64,000 bases of DNA, taken from assembly GCA_965206595.1 (NCBI GenBank), contig OZ242214.1:4128001-4192000 (forward strand), written 5' to 3'. The notes under the pieces are model-generated. The model made no database searches, was not told the DNA's origin, and saw only the letters and a program-made list of their open reading frames with translations. This DNA comes from Candidatus Latescibacterota bacterium. Lineage in GTDB: Bacteria > Latescibacterota > UBA2968 > UBA8231. The position numbers and the translations under genes are program-made. Below, one piece after another: positions 48,686 through 59,642 of the stretch (within the stretch, counting starts at the first letter, position 1; each line of letters begins with the position of its first letter).

Positions 48686-49419
48686 CCGACGTTCCCGAAA
48701 CCCACCCGCGCTACGAATCGCTGCGGCTGCGGGACGCCGTTGTCGCCGGCGTCGACCGCGGGGTGACCTCGGTACACGGGCTGATCGCCCACGGCCGCGG
48801 CGAGGCGTTCGACTACCTCCTCGGGGAGCGCACCCACGATTTCGCCCGGGAAGCGGTCGCCGCGGCCGCGGCCATGCTGGCGACAGCGCAGAGGCCGGTG
48901 CTGTCCGTCAACGGCAACGCCGCGGCTCTGGTCGCGGAGCGGATGGCGGCGCTCGCTGCGGCCCTCTCCTGCCCCCTGGAGGTCAACCTGTTCCACAGAT
49001 CGCACGAGCGCGAGCGGGCCATCGAAAGGCTGCTGGTCGAAAACGGCGCCACCCGGGTGCTGCTGCCTGCAGGGGACACCTTTCTCGAGGGGATCGACTC
49101 CAACAGGCGCTACGTCCACCCGGATGGGATTCACCGGGCGGACGTGGTCTTCGTGCCCCTCGAGGATGGCGACCGCTGCCAAGTGCTGCGCGCCGCGGGC
49201 AAGGAGGTGGTGACCGTCGACCTCAACCCCCTGTCGCGCACGGCGAAGTTGGCCAGTATCTCCATAGTCGACAACGTCGTCAGGGCGATGCCCATGCTGA
49301 TCGGGGCGGTGGACGCTGCGGCCTCCGACCCGGAAGGGAGCCGGCGTCTGCTCGGTGCGTACGACAACGGCCGCGTCCTGGAGGCGGCGGAGCAATGCAT
49401 GAGGAACCGATGGGAGTGA
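48682..49419 (+). CDS. Archaeal-type 4-phosphopantoate--beta-alanine ligase (phosphopantothenate synthetase)
   Basis: VPETHPRYESL, GLIAHGRGEAFDYLLGERT, SVNGN, EVNLFHR, VPLEDGDR, DLNPLSRT and VDNVVRA. Confidence 0.92.
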   Translation: MTDVPETHPRYESLRLRDAVVAGVDRGVTSVHGLIAHGRGEAFDYLLGERTHDFAREAVAAAAAMLATAQRPVLSVNGNAAALVAERMAALAAALSCPLEVNLFHRSHERERAIERLLVENGATRVLLPAGDTFLEGIDSNRRYVHPDGIHRADVVFVPLEDGDRCQVLRAAGKEVVTVDLNPLSRTAKLASISIVDNVVRAMPMLIGAVDAAASDPEGSRRLLGAYDNGRVLEAAEQCMRNRWE

Positions 49420-49588
49420 ACTGGTTCGGGTCGTTCGGAACAGCCGGGATTCCCGTGGAATTCCTGCGGGAGGTGGCGGCCGGGGGTCGGCGGGGGATCT
49501 TTGCCGTCTCCGCGGTTCCCGGGAATCACCCCTTTCTCGAAAGTCCGGGCCCCTGTCCCCTGTTCTACCGGAAACTGGAGAAAGCCGG

Positions 49589-50575
49589 ATGAAACTGTAC
49601 CCGGACCACGAGCTTCCGACCCGCGAAGATGTGGTCGCCGCTCACCGCTTCATCGCCCCCCACCTGCCCCCGACTCCGCTGATCAAGGCCCATTCCCTGT
49701 CGCAGCGGCTCGGGTTCGACTACTACGTCAAGTGCGAGAACGTGCAGCCGGTGGGAGCCTTCAAAGTCCGCGGCGGCGTCAACCTGCTGGGGAACCTCGA
49801 CGACGGCGTCAAACGCCTCGGGGTGGTCACGGCGAGCACGGGAAACCACGGGCAGTCGATCGCCTTTGCCGGCGGCTTGTTCGGCATCCCGGTGATCATC
49901 TACGCCCCGGAGAGGAACGCCAATCCGGTGAAGATCGAGGCGATGCGCGCCCTCGGCGCGGATGTGCGGCTTTTCGGGCGGGACTTCGATGAGGCGCGCG
50001 GGGAGGTCGAGGGGGTCGCCGCGGCCGAGGGCCGGCGCTACGTCCACTCGGGCAACGAGCCGCTCCTGATCGCAGGAGTCGGCACCATCGGCCTGGAGAT
50101 CGCCGACGCCCTCCCCGGCGTCGAGGTGATCATCGCCCCGGTAGGGGGAGGCAGCGGCGCCACCGGTATCGCTCTGGCCGTCAAGCAGCAGCGGCCCGGG
50201 ACGCGCGTCATCGGCGTCCAGTCCGCCTCGGCACCTGCCTGTTGGGAGGCCTGGAAGAAAGGGCGACTGGAGGTCGAGTGCGCGATGAATACCGAGCACG
50301 AGGGCTTGGCTACACGGGTGCCGTTTGCGATGACCATGCAGCTCATGTGGGAGCTGCTCGACGATTTCGTGCTCGTCACCGACGAGGAGATCAACGCGGC
50401 GATCCGCCTGCTGGCGAGGCACACCCGGCAGTTGGCGGAGGGGGCCGGGGCCGCGGCAACGGCCGCCGCTGTCAAGCTGCAGGAGGAATTGCAGGGGAAG
50501 ACGGTTGCCGGGGTGCTGAGTGGGGGCAACCTGCCGCTGGCGCGCCTGGCCGGGCTCTTTTCCGGGGAGTCCTGA
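49589..50575 (+). CDS. Threonine/serine dehydratase family PLP enzyme without a regulatory domain
   Basis: KCEN...GAFKVRG, STGNHGQ, PVGGGSG, EGAGAA and SGGN motifs. Confidence 0.9.
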   Translation: MKLYPDHELPTREDVVAAHRFIAPHLPPTPLIKAHSLSQRLGFDYYVKCENVQPVGAFKVRGGVNLLGNLDDGVKRLGVVTASTGNHGQSIAFAGGLFGIPVIIYAPERNANPVKIEAMRALGADVRLFGRDFDEARGEVEGVAAAEGRRYVHSGNEPLLIAGVGTIGLEIADALPGVEVIIAPVGGGSGATGIALAVKQQRPGTRVIGVQSASAPACWEAWKKGRLEVECAMNTEHEGLATRVPFAMTMQLMWELLDDFVLVTDEEINAAIRLLARHTRQLAEGAGAAATAAAVKLQEELQGKTVAGVLSGGNLPLARLAGLFSGES

Positions 50576-50664
50576 GGAAGCCGGGAAGGCTCCAATCCTT
50601 CCGGTCGATTCGCGATTTCCGGATTGATCTCGACAGCTGACGTTTTTTATCGAAAGGCACCACC

Positions 50665-51702
50665 ATGACACCAGCGACAACACGCGAGCAGATACGGGCA
50701 AACCTGGCGGAAATCCCCCGCATCAGGTGGTCGCACATCCCGACGCCGCTGGAAGAGTGGAAAAGGCTGCGGAGCAGGATCGGCTGCCCGCGCCTGCTGG
50801 TGAAGCGGGACGATACCACCGGGCTGGCCTACGGAGGCAACAAGTCGCGGCACTTCGAGTTCGAGATGGCGCACGTGAGGGGCCAGGGCTTCGACACCCT
50901 GATCTGCATAAACAACTTCCACTCCAACCACGCCAGGGTCGCTGCCGCGGCATGCGTCAGGGCCGGGATCCGCTACATTCTCGTATCCGTGGGGGAGACG
51001 GAGCGCCCGCTGCAGGGGAACCTCCTGCTGGTCAAGCTGATGGGAGGGGAGATCCACCGCCTTTCCGCCGGGGAGGATTCCTCGGCCTGTGCCAAAGCCA
51101 TTGCCGCCAGGGTGCGGGGCCAGGGAGGGAATCCCTACATCCTCAACGAGGACTGGTTTCCCCAGATCATCGGGACCATCGGCTTCGTCGAGGCAGGCCT
51201 CGAGCTGATGTCCCAGCTCGCCGCGTACGGTGTCGAGCGGATTCACGTCTGGGGGCTGGTCGGCGCTTCCCTGCCGGGACTGGGTCTGCTGGCGAAGAAC
51301 CTCGGGCTCGACTGGAAAGTCTCGATGGTTCTCTACAGCCCCGGCAACGTCGACGAGGTCCGCGAGGGGATGGTGAACCGGTGCAGGCAGGCCGCGGAGT
51401 TCATGAAGCTGCCGCTTCCACTCGACCCCGAAGACGTCGAGATCGTCGACGGCTTCTCCGGACCGGCGTATGCCGCTCCGACCGATGCTGCCTTCGAGGC
51501 GATCCACCTCGTGGCCCGGACCGAGGCGGTGATCCTCGATCCCAACTACACCGGGAAGTCGATGTCGGCGCTGATCCACCGCATCAGGTCGGGTGGGTTC
51601 GCAGAAGATCGGACGCTCCTCTTCCTGCACTCGGGAGGCCTGCCGCAGGTGTTCGCCTTCAACGAGGAGCTGGCAGCCTGGAGTGGCCCGGGGGTGGACT
51701 AG
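50665..51702 (+). CDS. D-cysteine desulfhydrase/ACC deaminase/cysteate sulfo-lyase family PLP enzyme (divergent)
   Basis: PTPLE, KRDDTTGLAYGGNKSR, SNH, GNLLL, LDPNYTGK and FLHSGG. Confidence 0.85.
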   Translation: MTPATTREQIRANLAEIPRIRWSHIPTPLEEWKRLRSRIGCPRLLVKRDDTTGLAYGGNKSRHFEFEMAHVRGQGFDTLICINNFHSNHARVAAAACVRAGIRYILVSVGETERPLQGNLLLVKLMGGEIHRLSAGEDSSACAKAIAARVRGQGGNPYILNEDWFPQIIGTIGFVEAGLELMSQLAAYGVERIHVWGLVGASLPGLGLLAKNLGLDWKVSMVLYSPGNVDEVREGMVNRCRQAAEFMKLPLPLDPEDVEIVDGFSGPAYAAPTDAAFEAIHLVARTEAVILDPNYTGKSMSALIHRIRSGGFAEDRTLLFLHSGGLPQVFAFNEELAAWSGPGVD

Positions 51703-51936
51703 GTTCGGCTGTCGAGGAAGACGCCGGGCGTCCGGGGCAATCAATGGCTGGAGCCGTGATATCGTGGTCGCTTCGGCCGGATCGCGTGGGCCCCCTTGCC
51801 GCAAGTCATCGGCAAGTGAGGCAGGTGAAACCAACGCCGCCGCCGCCCCTACCCGGTTGAGGGCTGAGCGGCTGAGGACCCTGTCAAGGCAGTCAGAAAA
51901 TTCTGCAGTCAGAAGCGAACTCGCCTGAATGACCGA

Positions 51937-53892
<1,956 letters not shown>

Positions 53893-54051
53893 CCGCTGTC
53901 TCCTCTACGGGTCAACGCGATACCGATCGGTTGCCGTGGAACCGCAGCGTTTCTCGCGCCGGCAGTACCGAGCCGCTAGGTCTCAGGCGCGGCACGATCC
54001 TTGCGAATTGCGAACTGTCGAGCCCAGCAATACTCGCGAAAGGGTATTGTC

Positions 54052-54261
54052 ATGTCCGAAGATCTCACCACCCGGGACGTATTCCAGCAGGTCGACAGCC
54101 GCCTCACCCGCGTCGAGGAGGACCTGCGGCAGCTGCGAGCCGATACCAATGCCGGATTCGGCCGCTTCGACCTGCGCATGGATCAACTGCAGTGGCGGAT
54201 GGTCGGTCTTTTTGTCGTCACCTGGATCACCGTGGTCGGCTCCATCTGGTTGAAGCAGTAG
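54052..54261 (+). CDS. Small coiled-coil protein with a C-terminal membrane anchor (DUF1640/Bdr-like)
   Basis: 69 aa: heptad-like RLTRVEEDLRQLR, then WRMVGLFVVTWITVVGSIW. Confidence 0.7.
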   Translation: MSEDLTTRDVFQQVDSRLTRVEEDLRQLRADTNAGFGRFDLRMDQLQWRMVGLFVVTWITVVGSIWLKQ

Positions 54262-54262
54262 C

Positions 54263-55006
54263 TTACAGGTCCGGCGGTCTGCGGAAGTACTCCTCCACCT
54301 TCTCTCCGACCTCGTACCCGAGAATACGCCGCGCCTTGTCAACGGGATACTTCCCGTGCTCGAGGTAGCTGTTGAGGTTGAACCACTGGTAGTGGTCCTC
54401 CAGTTCTTCGACCTCGAAAGCGAGGCGGCAGGCGTTTACGAGATCTTCCCACACGATGGTGAAGGGGGGATGGGCGGCCCGTTCGCGGGGCTCCTGCGGC
54501 TTGGGCCCCAACCCGTTGAACAGGAACCAGACAGTGTCGATGCCGTACTGCCGCGCGTACGCCCGGGAGATCTCCATGCCGAGGAACTTCGTCACGCAGT
54601 AGTGTCCGGTCCCCGGAGCCGGGGGCACGTCGCCGACGCGGAAGTCGTGGTCGTACCATTGGCGCACCAGTTGCGGGCCGGTGTGCAGGACGCGCCGGAT
54701 GCCGTGCTCGACCAGGGCGCGGCTGATGTTCTCGACGCCGCGGGTGTTCACCTCCCAGCTCAGAACCGGATCGTCGCGCACGACGCACAAGTTGAAAACC
54801 GCGTCCTGTCCCTCGCAGGCGCGGCTCACCGCTTCGGGGTCGCGGATGTCGACAGTGACTACCGGGTGACCCTCCGGATGCGGGACGACGTCGGTCAGGG
54901 TCAGCTCGTACTCCTCCGACAGGCCCGGCGTGATGAAGGGGCCGATGTTGCCGCACGCGCCGAAGACGACGACTCGTTTCACCTTTCTCCTGGATGAGGC
55001 GGTCAT
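54263..55006 (-). CDS. NAD-dependent epimerase/dehydratase (uronate-dehydrogenase-like)
   Basis: VFGACGNIG, LTD, VNTRG and YCVTK motifs. Confidence 0.85.
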   Translation of the reverse strand: MTASSRRKVKRVVVFGACGNIGPFITPGLSEEYELTLTDVVPHPEGHPVVTVDIRDPEAVSRACEGQDAVFNLCVVRDDPVLSWEVNTRGVENISRALVEHGIRRVLHTGPQLVRQWYDHDFRVGDVPPAPGTGHYCVTKFLGMEISRAYARQYGIDTVWFLFNGLGPKPQEPRERAAHPPFTIVWEDLVNACRLAFEVEELEDHYQWFNLNSYLEHGKYPVDKARRILGYEVGEKVEEYFRRPPDL

Positions 55007-55737
55007 CGTCCACCCCCTTTCCAAGCCGCGGCAAAGTCGTGCTCGAACCCTTCCCGGATCGCCGCGTCGACCAGGAAACGCGGGGTGGGGGGATCGGCGC
55101 ATACGTGCAGGACCTGCCAGCGTCTCACCCAGTTGAGTTCGCCGCTGGAGTTGCGGGCAAGGGCGGTGCGCACCGCCCTTGCCGCATCCCGCGGGTCGAG
55201 CCAACCGGGGTCGGGGGCCGCGGCATCGGCATCCTTCTCGAAAGTCAGCGTACCCAGACGCAGGGAGGTGCCGGTGATGGCGTGATCGCGGGTGAACTCG
55301 CGCACGGTGAGCTCGGCGAGGTAGCGCCACATGGTCTCCCCGGAAGCCGGCGGAAACGGCTCGTGCATTTCGGTGATGTAGACGTTCCCGGGATAGCTTT
55401 CGAACAGGTCGAGGGTGCCGCAGTACACGAAGCGCCCGGCGCCGGCGGCGACCGCGGCCGCCATCAGGTCGTAGGTTCCTCGGGTGTACCAGTCGAGTTT
55501 TCCGGAATCGTCGGGGGGCGGTGTCAGCGGCAGCTCCCCGGTATGGACGACGGCGTCGATCCCGGCCATTGCCGGTTCCAGGCTGGCGGGGGCCAAGTGA
55601 TCGGCGCCTACGCATTCGCAGCCGGCAGGCGGGAGGAAGGCCTCGCTCTCCAGCAGGCGCAGATCGCCCGCGCCGGCCAGCCCGTCGACGAGGGCACGCC
55701 CAAGCGCACTCCGCGCCGAGGTGATGAGAATTTTCAC
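55003..55737 (-). CDS. Degenerate NAD(P)-binding epimerase-like protein
   Basis: KILITSARSALG, TRGTYDL and LRLG; the canonical GxxGxxG and YxxxK motifs are not intact. Confidence 0.7.
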   Translation of the reverse strand: MKILITSARSALGRALVDGLAGAGDLRLLESEAFLPPAGCECVGADHLAPASLEPAMAGIDAVVHTGELPLTPPPDDSGKLDWYTRGTYDLMAAAVAAGAGRFVYCGTLDLFESYPGNVYITEMHEPFPPASGETMWRYLAELTVREFTRDHAITGTSLRLGTLTFEKDADAAAPDPGWLDPRDAARAVRTALARNSSGELNWVRRWQVLHVCADPPTPRFLVDAAIREGFEHDFAAAWKGGGR

Positions 55738-56041
55738 GATCCTCCTCCAGTGGTTTGTGAGACGGCAGTTGATCCGGCATTGCGCATTCCCTGCCCGAAC
55801 GGCTGGCTTGTCTCCTGCCCGCGCGGTGATGAAAACAGCGGCAGTGGGTCGACCGGGTGCCAGACAGTCGTGGTTCATTGGCGTAGCCCGGCCCCGGTAG
55901 CCGCCACCATCCAGGAGCGGGCGATGCGGTTTCCCTCGCCAGCGCCGGGTGCCGGTAGCTTTCGGGGATGGCCCTGGGTCGTGATGGGTCCCTAACGTTC
56001 CCGGTGTGGATCAGGACTCGTCTTCAGAACCGTTCCTCCGG

Positions 56042-57775
56042 CTAACCGCCGCCTTCGACGACGACGACGGTGCGGTTGGCCTCGACCCCGGTCAACCGGT
56101 CTTTCAGACCGCTCGGCCACTCCACCTCGACCTCATCCACCACTTCCCGCTCTCCCAGTCCGAAGCTGACGCGCAGGTCGCTGTGAGCGAGGTAGCTGTA
56201 GCTGCCCCTTACCTCCCGGGTCAGGCGCAGATCTCCTGCGGCGATCCTGACGCGGGCGCCGATTCCGTCGCGGTTGCTGTCGCGGCCGACGGCCTTCACC
56301 CGGAGCCAGTTGTTGCGGCTGCCGAGGTCGTTGCGCAGCAGGTTGGGCGGCTGCCCGACGTTGCCGACGAGGAGGTCGACGTCCCCGTCTTCGTCGAAAT
56401 CCCCGAAGGCAGTGCCGCGGCTGACCATCGGCGCCGTGACACCTTCTCCCGCCGCGGTCGAGACATCTTTGAAACGGACCTGTCCCCGGGGATCCGGGCC
56501 CAGGTTGCGGAGCAGCTGATTTGCCTGACCGTACGATCGCGAGCGGTCGAAGCGGGTGATGTTGTCGAGGACGTGGCCGTTGGCGATGAACAGGTCGAGG
56601 AAGCCATCGTTGTCGTAGTCGAGGAAGCCGAGTCCGAACGAAAGCGGCCGCAGGGTCGGAAGCCCGATCCCGGCCGGGTAGGAGAAATGCAGGAAGGTGC
56701 CGCTCCCGAGGTTGCGGTACAGGCTGGACGGTTCCTGTTCAAAGTTGGTGACCACCAGATCGACCGAGCCGTCGCTATCGAAATCTCCGGCATCGACCCC
56801 CATTCCGGCCTCGCGCTGTCCGTCGAGGCCGTACGCCACCCCGGCGAGGCCGGCGACGTCCTCGAAGGAGCCGTCGCCCCGGTTGCGGTAGAGGAAGTTG
56901 CGCGAGCCGTCGTTGGCGACGTAGAGATCGGGCCAGCCGTCGCGGTCGTAGTCGACGGCGACGACGCCGAGCCCGCGGCCTTCGATGGAGATGGTATCGA
57001 CCATGCCGGCTTGGCTGGTGACGTCAGCGAAGGCCCCTTCCGGATCGTTGCGCAGCAGGCGATCCTCGGCCCCGGGAAACTGTCCTGGGTCTGGATAGGC
57101 GCTGATCCTGGTGCCGGCGCCCCGAGGCCGCTTTTCCGTCGACTTCAGGTAAGGGTCGAGATCTTCATCGACGGAGGCGAAATCGAAGTGCACGTAGTTG
57201 GTGATGTAGAGGTCGAGGTCCCCGTCCTTGTCGTAGTCGAAGAAAGCGCAGCCGGCGCCCCAGGCGGTGTCTCCGAGGGCGGACTCGGCGGTGACGCCGG
57301 TAAATCCAGGGCCGTTGTTCCGGAACATGGCGTTGGCGCCGAAGTTCGTCACGTAGAGATCGAGGCGGCCGTCGTTGTCGTAATCGGCGGCGGCGCAGCC
57401 CATGCCGTAGCCCCCCGGATCTTCAGCCCCTGCTGCGGCTGCCATCTCGGTGAAGCGGCCCCCCTCGTTGCGGTAGAGGGCGTTGGCCGGCTCGGAGGGA
57501 TCGCTGTATCCGGGAAGCGGCGCCCCGTTGGGGAAGTAGATGTCGAGGTCGCCGTCACCGTCGAAATCGAGGAAGGCGACTCCACCTCCCATGGTTTCGG
57601 GGAAGTACCGGCGCCCGCTGGCCCCGGTCTGATGCACGAACTCGATGCCGGCCGCGGCGGTGACGTCGGCGAAGATGGGGGAGGTGACGGGAGTTCCCAC
57701 AGGCTCCTGTTCGCCGCCGGCCGGGTTCTGCAGCATGGCGACTGTGAGGAGCAGGGGAAGAGCGGGTGGTTTCAA
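56042..57775 (-). CDS. CRTAC1/ASPIC-UnbV protein with FG-GAP repeats
   Basis: Repeated D(F/Y)DxDGxxDL, ETMGGG, AGMGVD, SRG.AFGDFD, NRDGIGARV and FGLG..V.VEWPSG; start uncertain. Confidence 0.9.
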   Translation of the reverse strand: MKPPALPLLLTVAMLQNPAGGEQEPVGTPVTSPIFADVTAAAGIEFVHQTGASGRRYFPETMGGGVAFLDFDGDGDLDIYFPNGAPLPGYSDPSEPANALYRNEGGRFTEMAAAAGAEDPGGYGMGCAAADYDNDGRLDLYVTNFGANAMFRNNGPGFTGVTAESALGDTAWGAGCAFFDYDKDGDLDLYITNYVHFDFASVDEDLDPYLKSTEKRPRGAGTRISAYPDPGQFPGAEDRLLRNDPEGAFADVTSQAGMVDTISIEGRGLGVVAVDYDRDGWPDLYVANDGSRNFLYRNRGDGSFEDVAGLAGVAYGLDGQREAGMGVDAGDFDSDGSVDLVVTNFEQEPSSLYRNLGSGTFLHFSYPAGIGLPTLRPLSFGLGFLDYDNDGFLDLFIANGHVLDNITRFDRSRSYGQANQLLRNLGPDPRGQVRFKDVSTAAGEGVTAPMVSRGTAFGDFDEDGDVDLLVGNVGQPPNLLRNDLGSRNNWLRVKAVGRDSNRDGIGARVRIAAGDLRLTREVRGSYSYLAHSDLRVSFGLGEREVVDEVEVEWPSGLKDRLTGVEANRTVVVVEGGG

Positions 57776-57809
57776 CGCCGGGGCTGGCGCGAGAAGGAGA
57801 TGGAAGGAG

Positions 57810-59519
57810 CTATACCGCCCTGTGTGCAGCCAGTTTCTCGATGTTTTCTGCGTCCACGCGGACCCTGTCCTCGTTCTCGTAGCGCAGTTCGAGCAGGAAC
57901 CCGTAGAAAGCCCGGTCCGCCTTGTCCCGCCGGACCAGGGCGCGCGCTCTCCGTTCGACCTTGGCGAAGGGTTCCGGGCCGGCACCGATGGTCGAGTCGA
58001 GGAGCTCGAAGATGGAGTAGTGGGGCCCGGCTGCCGACGCCGGATCCGTTTTCAGCAGGTTGGAGGCGGGAACGGTCAGCTCTACCGGACCCAGAAGATC
58101 CCCGACTTCAGCCCCCCTGGCCGCCTCCAGAGCCGGTCCGTACTGGCCTGTTTCGAAGGGGTGGATGTGGAACTCCCCCTTGCTGATCCGGCCCTGTCGG
58201 CGCAGGGTGTGCCGCGCCGCGAGCTCTCCCATGTCCGCCCCCTGTCTGATCTGGCCGAGAAGTGCCTCGGCCTCGGATTCGTCCGCAACCAGGATTTCGC
58301 GAATGGTAACCGACTCCAGGGGAGTGAACTTTATCGGATTCTGCTCGTAGTAGCGCCGCGCCTCGGACTCGTCGACGAGAACGTTGGCTGTCGCTTCCCG
58401 CCTCACCGCCTGCAGCAGCAGCGACTGCTCGCGGCTCTGGTACCACGACACCATCTCCTCCTCGCGGTCGATCCCGGCGACCCGCGCCGCCTCGAGAATC
58501 AGCAGGCGGGGTTCGACCACCTCCTTTGCGAACCAGTCGAGGATCCGGCGCGAATCGCCGTACCCCATCTTGATATATTCGGAAAAAACCAGGAAATCCC
58601 CGACGGTGTAGGCCCCTCCGGTGTTCTCGAACAGCACGGTTTGCCGCTCCTCATCGGTGACCCGTTGCCCGGCGAACAGCCGTTCCGCGAGGAGATCGAG
58701 GGCGGCCTCGTTGGTCCGCGCCTCGAGTTTCTGTTTCAGCTCGGCGGCCAGCTCGTTCATTCGGACAGGGATCTTCAGGCCGAACAGCTCCGGTTCGATC
58801 AACGGGCGCACGAACTCGAACTCGATATCGCGCTCCTCGGTAACCTGGTAGACCCCGTACTGATCGCCGTAGAACACCGGGCCGGAGATCTCGCCCGCTT
58901 TCAGGGGCCAGATGGCCTCCTGCAGGATGTCCGGCTTGAGCTCGTCCTTGAGAAGCATCCTGCCGCCGAACAGGTCGGTTTTTTCGAGGATGGTGCGGGC
59001 CGCCAGCTCGTCGAAATCCGCGCCCTGGCGCCAGGCGGCTGCGACCTCCTCCGCCTCTCCTTCGGTGCGCAGGACGATGCGCCGTACCCGGACTGCCCGG
59101 TCCCGCTCGGTCTCTTTCTGCAGCTCCCGGAGTTCCTCGTCGGTGTACTCGATCTTGTCGTACACCTCGATCTTCAGAAACCGTTTGATGATGCGGTCCG
59201 CCCTTTCCTTGGACAGCTTGCCGCGCAGTTGCGGATCCTGGTCGAGGCCGAGACGGCGCGCCTCCTGCAGCATCAGCTCCTTGTCGATCAAGGTCTGCAA
59301 ATAGTCGAGGTACCCGTCGGGCCCCGGCTTTTCGCTCAGGCGGTCTCCGCTCAGGCGGCTCTCGAAATCCAGCAGCTCGGCGGCCGTTATCTCCTCATCG
59401 CCGACGGTGGCGAGCACCATCTGTTCGTCGATGCCGCCGCAACCCGAAAGGGAGGCGCACAGCAGTCCCCCGAGGAGGCTCTGACGAATGAGGGTCCGTT
59501 TTTCCGCGGAGCTTTTCAA
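57810..59519 (-). CDS. PpiC/parvulin-type peptidyl-prolyl isomerase lipoprotein with two rotamase domains
   Basis: Lipobox LSG-C; VLATVG..IT; GADFDELA...GEISGPV; a second IREILV..GADMGELA..H domain. Confidence 0.85.
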   Translation of the reverse strand: MKSSAEKRTLIRQSLLGGLLCASLSGCGGIDEQMVLATVGDEEITAAELLDFESRLSGDRLSEKPGPDGYLDYLQTLIDKELMLQEARRLGLDQDPQLRGKLSKERADRIIKRFLKIEVYDKIEYTDEELRELQKETERDRAVRVRRIVLRTEGEAEEVAAAWRQGADFDELAARTILEKTDLFGGRMLLKDELKPDILQEAIWPLKAGEISGPVFYGDQYGVYQVTEERDIEFEFVRPLIEPELFGLKIPVRMNELAAELKQKLEARTNEAALDLLAERLFAGQRVTDEERQTVLFENTGGAYTVGDFLVFSEYIKMGYGDSRRILDWFAKEVVEPRLLILEAARVAGIDREEEMVSWYQSREQSLLLQAVRREATANVLVDESEARRYYEQNPIKFTPLESVTIREILVADESEAEALLGQIRQGADMGELAARHTLRRQGRISKGEFHIHPFETGQYGPALEAARGAEVGDLLGPVELTVPASNLLKTDPASAAGPHYSIFELLDSTIGAGPEPFAKVERRARALVRRDKADRAFYGFLLELRYENEDRVRVDAENIEKLAAHRAV

Positions 59520-59642
59520 AGTTGTACAGGGGCCTGACTCAGAGGCGGATTGACGGAGAGCGGACCGCGGGGGCGGATGCATCGGCGCGAAGAAGCGCCA
59601 TGTGCAGGAGAGGGTGCGAGCGAGACGGAACACACCAGCGGC

